Below are positions 62,078-64,000 of a DNA stretch of 64,000 nt, one piece after another. The first letter of the stretch is position 1, and the number at the start of each line of letters is the position of its first letter. Origin of the DNA: Candidatus Methanoperedens sp. (GTDB lineage Archaea; Halobacteriota; Methanosarcinia; Methanosarcinales; Methanoperedenaceae). The stretch lies in NCBI GenBank assembly GCA_041491305.1, contig JBGPUU010000001.1, positions 15,500 through 79,499 on the forward strand, in the 5' to 3' direction. Below the pieces are notes generated by a model. It saw only the letters and a program-made list of their open reading frames with translations. It did no database searches and was not told the origin of the DNA. Both the position numbers and the translations under genes were made by a program.

Positions 62078-63521
62078 TTGCGGTTATATATTTTTCAATA
62101 AACTTCCGAACCTCAGGAGGCATCTCGCCTTTCATCTGGTTTGAGAGGTAAGAATCGTTGATGAGCAGCCGCGTGACCTCTATCATGTAGTTTTTCTTGA
62201 ATTCACTCATCTCCTCAATTTTTTCAAGCTTTCCCATGTAAAAATCCCGGAATCCCTTTAAAAGATGAATATTTAGTTCCTCCCGCGTCATGTTAATGGG
62301 CTTGACTATCGGTTCGATAAGATTGTATTTTGAATAATCAAATTCCTCTATGAATGGTGCAAGTTCAGGATAAATATCAGAATAAGGCCATGGGGCAATT
62401 GCAAGGAAAAACGCAAGGTCAGGATTATAGTACTGCGCCAGTTTTCGTGCCGTCTCTATGGATCCGGGCGTTTCTTCAGGCATCCCGAGGACAAAGGACG
62501 TTTCCGAAATAATCCCGGTATTGTTTATCAATTCAATCGCTTCCCTTGACTGCTCTACCCTGATATTTTTCTGATAGCGGTCAAGCGTATCCTGGCTTGC
62601 GGATTCTGCTCCCACGTAAATATGCAGGATTCCCGCTTTTTTGTATTTATCAATTATATCCTTATCACGCAGGATGTCGTCCACCCTTGTTTCCATCAAT
62701 ATTTCAAGGTCAAGTTCTTTCGCGATAAGAAGATCAAGGATTTTTTCCCACCGTTTGCGGTCATACGTCGGTGTTTCATCGGCTATCATGGCAACATCCA
62801 CGCCGTAATTGCTGTTTAAGAATTCAAGCTCGGATACGAAGTTTTCAGGGCTTCTCCCTCTCCATTTCTCCCTCCAGAAAAGACGCTGCGAACAGAATGT
62901 GCATTTCTGGGTACAGCCCCTTGAAGAACTTACGACTGCAAGTGTGGAATTTTTCTTTGTCTTGAATGTATAATCCTTCCACTCTATAAGGTTCCATGCC
63001 GCAGGCATTACGTCCAGATTTGATACGAGCGGCCGTTCTTTCGTGCAGATGGTTTTCCCATCCCGCACATAAGCAATTCCCGCGACATCCGGGCTTAATC
63101 CTTCGAAAACCTGGCTGAGAAGTTCTGATGTGGTGATTTCACCTTCGCCGCGTATTATATAATCTACAACGCTGCTCTCTTTTTGCAGGATTTCCTTCCA
63201 GCAGAACGTGGGATGTATGCCTCCAAGGAGCGTAATTATTTCCGGGTTAACCTCTTTAGCAATTCTTAGAACCGAAATAGCATCGTAAAGGCTTGATGTA
63301 TATGCCGCTGTGCCCACTACATCCGGATTGGTTTCTTTTATGCGCCTTTTGATGTCGTCAAAAGTATGATATTTTGACATCGCATCGTATATGCTGACCT
63401 CATACCCGGCTTTTTGCAGGCTTCCGGCAACGTACACCATGCCAAGAGGCATCCATGTGCCTGCGGATTCGAGTACGCCGCAGTGGTATGGCGGTGTTAT
63501 TAACAGGACTTTATTGGACAT
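62061..63521 (-). CDS. Cobalamin-binding (class B) radical SAM enzyme
   Basis: PLGMVYVAG, PDVVGTAAYT, GGIHPT, GEGE, SSRGCTQKCTFC, GAES; ATG 63521. Confidence 0.9.
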   Translation of the reverse strand: MSNKVLLITPPYHCGVLESAGTWMPLGMVYVAGSLQKAGYEVSIYDAMSKYHTFDDIKRRIKETNPDVVGTAAYTSSLYDAISVLRIAKEVNPEIITLLGGIHPTFCWKEILQKESSVVDYIIRGEGEITTSELLSQVFEGLSPDVAGIAYVRDGKTICTKERPLVSNLDVMPAAWNLIEWKDYTFKTKKNSTLAVVSSSRGCTQKCTFCSQRLFWREKWRGRSPENFVSELEFLNSNYGVDVAMIADETPTYDRKRWEKILDLLIAKELDLEILMETRVDDILRDKDIIDKYKKAGILHIYVGAESASQDTLDRYQKNIRVEQSREAIELINNTGIISETSFVLGMPEETPGSIETARKLAQYYNPDLAFFLAIAPWPYSDIYPELAPFIEEFDYSKYNLIEPIVKPINMTREELNIHLLKGFRDFYMGKLEKIEEMSEFKKNYMIEVTRLLINDSYLSNQMKGEMPPEVRKFIEKYITATKSSG

Positions 63522-63549
63522 TTCGTTTCTTTGAATACCGCTATGATAA

Positions 63550-64000
63550 TTATTTTTTGTGTTTCTTCCAGAACCATAGCGCAACTATTGCTATTACTAA
63601 CGAAAATGCAGCTATGTAGGTTAAATATGTTTTTGTTACGGTTTTAACAATCTCTTTCCCATGGAAACTTTTTAATTCTCCTTCGACATGGCATCCCAGG
63701 CAATCCTTATTGCCAACATTACTATGCTGCGAATCCGAAGGCAGGGCTCCGGGATTGCCCCATGCTTTTCTAATATTTTCATTTTCCTGGATATGGCAGA
63801 AAATGCAATTTTTTGATTCAGGCATGAAATCGACAGGAGAATTCCAGTGGTAAGGGTCACCCCTGTTAAATATTGTGCCTGTATAATTTGTATTGAATGA
63901 AAAATAACCGCCTGCTTTTTCTTTATTCCCGAACGTCACTCCATGGCATGAACCCTGGCCGGTTGCTGCATCAAATCCGAAGCAGGAAGACCTTGTATTT
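63550..64000 (-). CDS. C-terminal part of a membrane-anchored multiheme cytochrome (5' end outside window)
   Basis: Frame open from the window end: CFGFDAATGQGSCH (CX11CH), CIFCH, CLGCH, C-terminal TM + WKKHKK. Confidence 0.85.
   Translation of the reverse strand, partial: NTRSSCFGFDAATGQGSCHGVTFGNKEKAGGYFSFNTNYTGTIFNRGDPYHWNSPVDFMPESKNCIFCHIQENENIRKAWGNPGALPSDSQHSNVGNKDCLGCHVEGELKSFHGKEIVKTVTKTYLTYIAAFSLVIAIVALWFWKKHKK

Noticed and set aside
1-64000. Window being a Borg or other extrachromosomal element
   Set aside because: It carries intact housekeeping context (dph2, TlyA-like methylase, tRNA, TBP), frequent strand switches, and no perfect intergenic tandem-repeat arrays; a chromosome with an integrated element fits better.

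Overview
This is a 64-kb archaeal chromosomal window, most consistent with a Methanosarcinales ANME-2d / Ca. Methanoperedens-like organism. That assignment is inferred from large multiheme cytochromes, an HdrDE-like pair, DUF1673 genes, and Methanosarcina-type S-layer and PGF-sorted surface proteins. It has five blocks. (1) 1-20 kb: two-component genes and a dense thiol-redox/oxidative-stress cluster (CcdA/DipZ, class II RNR, short-chain chlorite dismutase, PDO, NADH oxidase, HdrDE-like pair, rubrerythrin, ferritin-like, WrbA, TBP, Rieske, FTR-rubredoxin) mixed with gene scars. (2) 21-25.7 kb: a broken radical SAM gene, a methyltransferase, and an HTH + nucleotidyltransferase TA-like pair. (3) 25.9-35.4 kb: a minus-strand envelope operon with an STT3/AglB-like pseudogene, a tandem DUF1673 paralog array and an S-layer remnant. 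(4) 35.4-48.9 kb: a putative integrated element next to tRNA-Ser(CGA), with a tyrosine integrase and Orc1/Cdc6. Its cargo is three Ser/Thr kinase-TPR proteins, two TPR proteins, an FHA protein, an ATPase-less Clp remnant, a CorA-like membrane protein and a metallophosphoesterase, making it the best candidate for an undescribed phospho-signalling/conflict system. (5) 49-64 kb: intact genes, including a surface protein flanked by 25-bp inverted repeats, a TlyA-like methylase, dph2, and a multiheme cytochrome locus with atypical CX11CH/CX4CH/CXCH motifs, System II maturation genes (CcsA/ResB) and a B12 radical SAM enzyme. About 17 gene disruptions lie left of the tRNA and none were seen right of it. 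No CRISPR array or rRNA was seen. All family assignments come from motif recognition by eye; no database searches were run.
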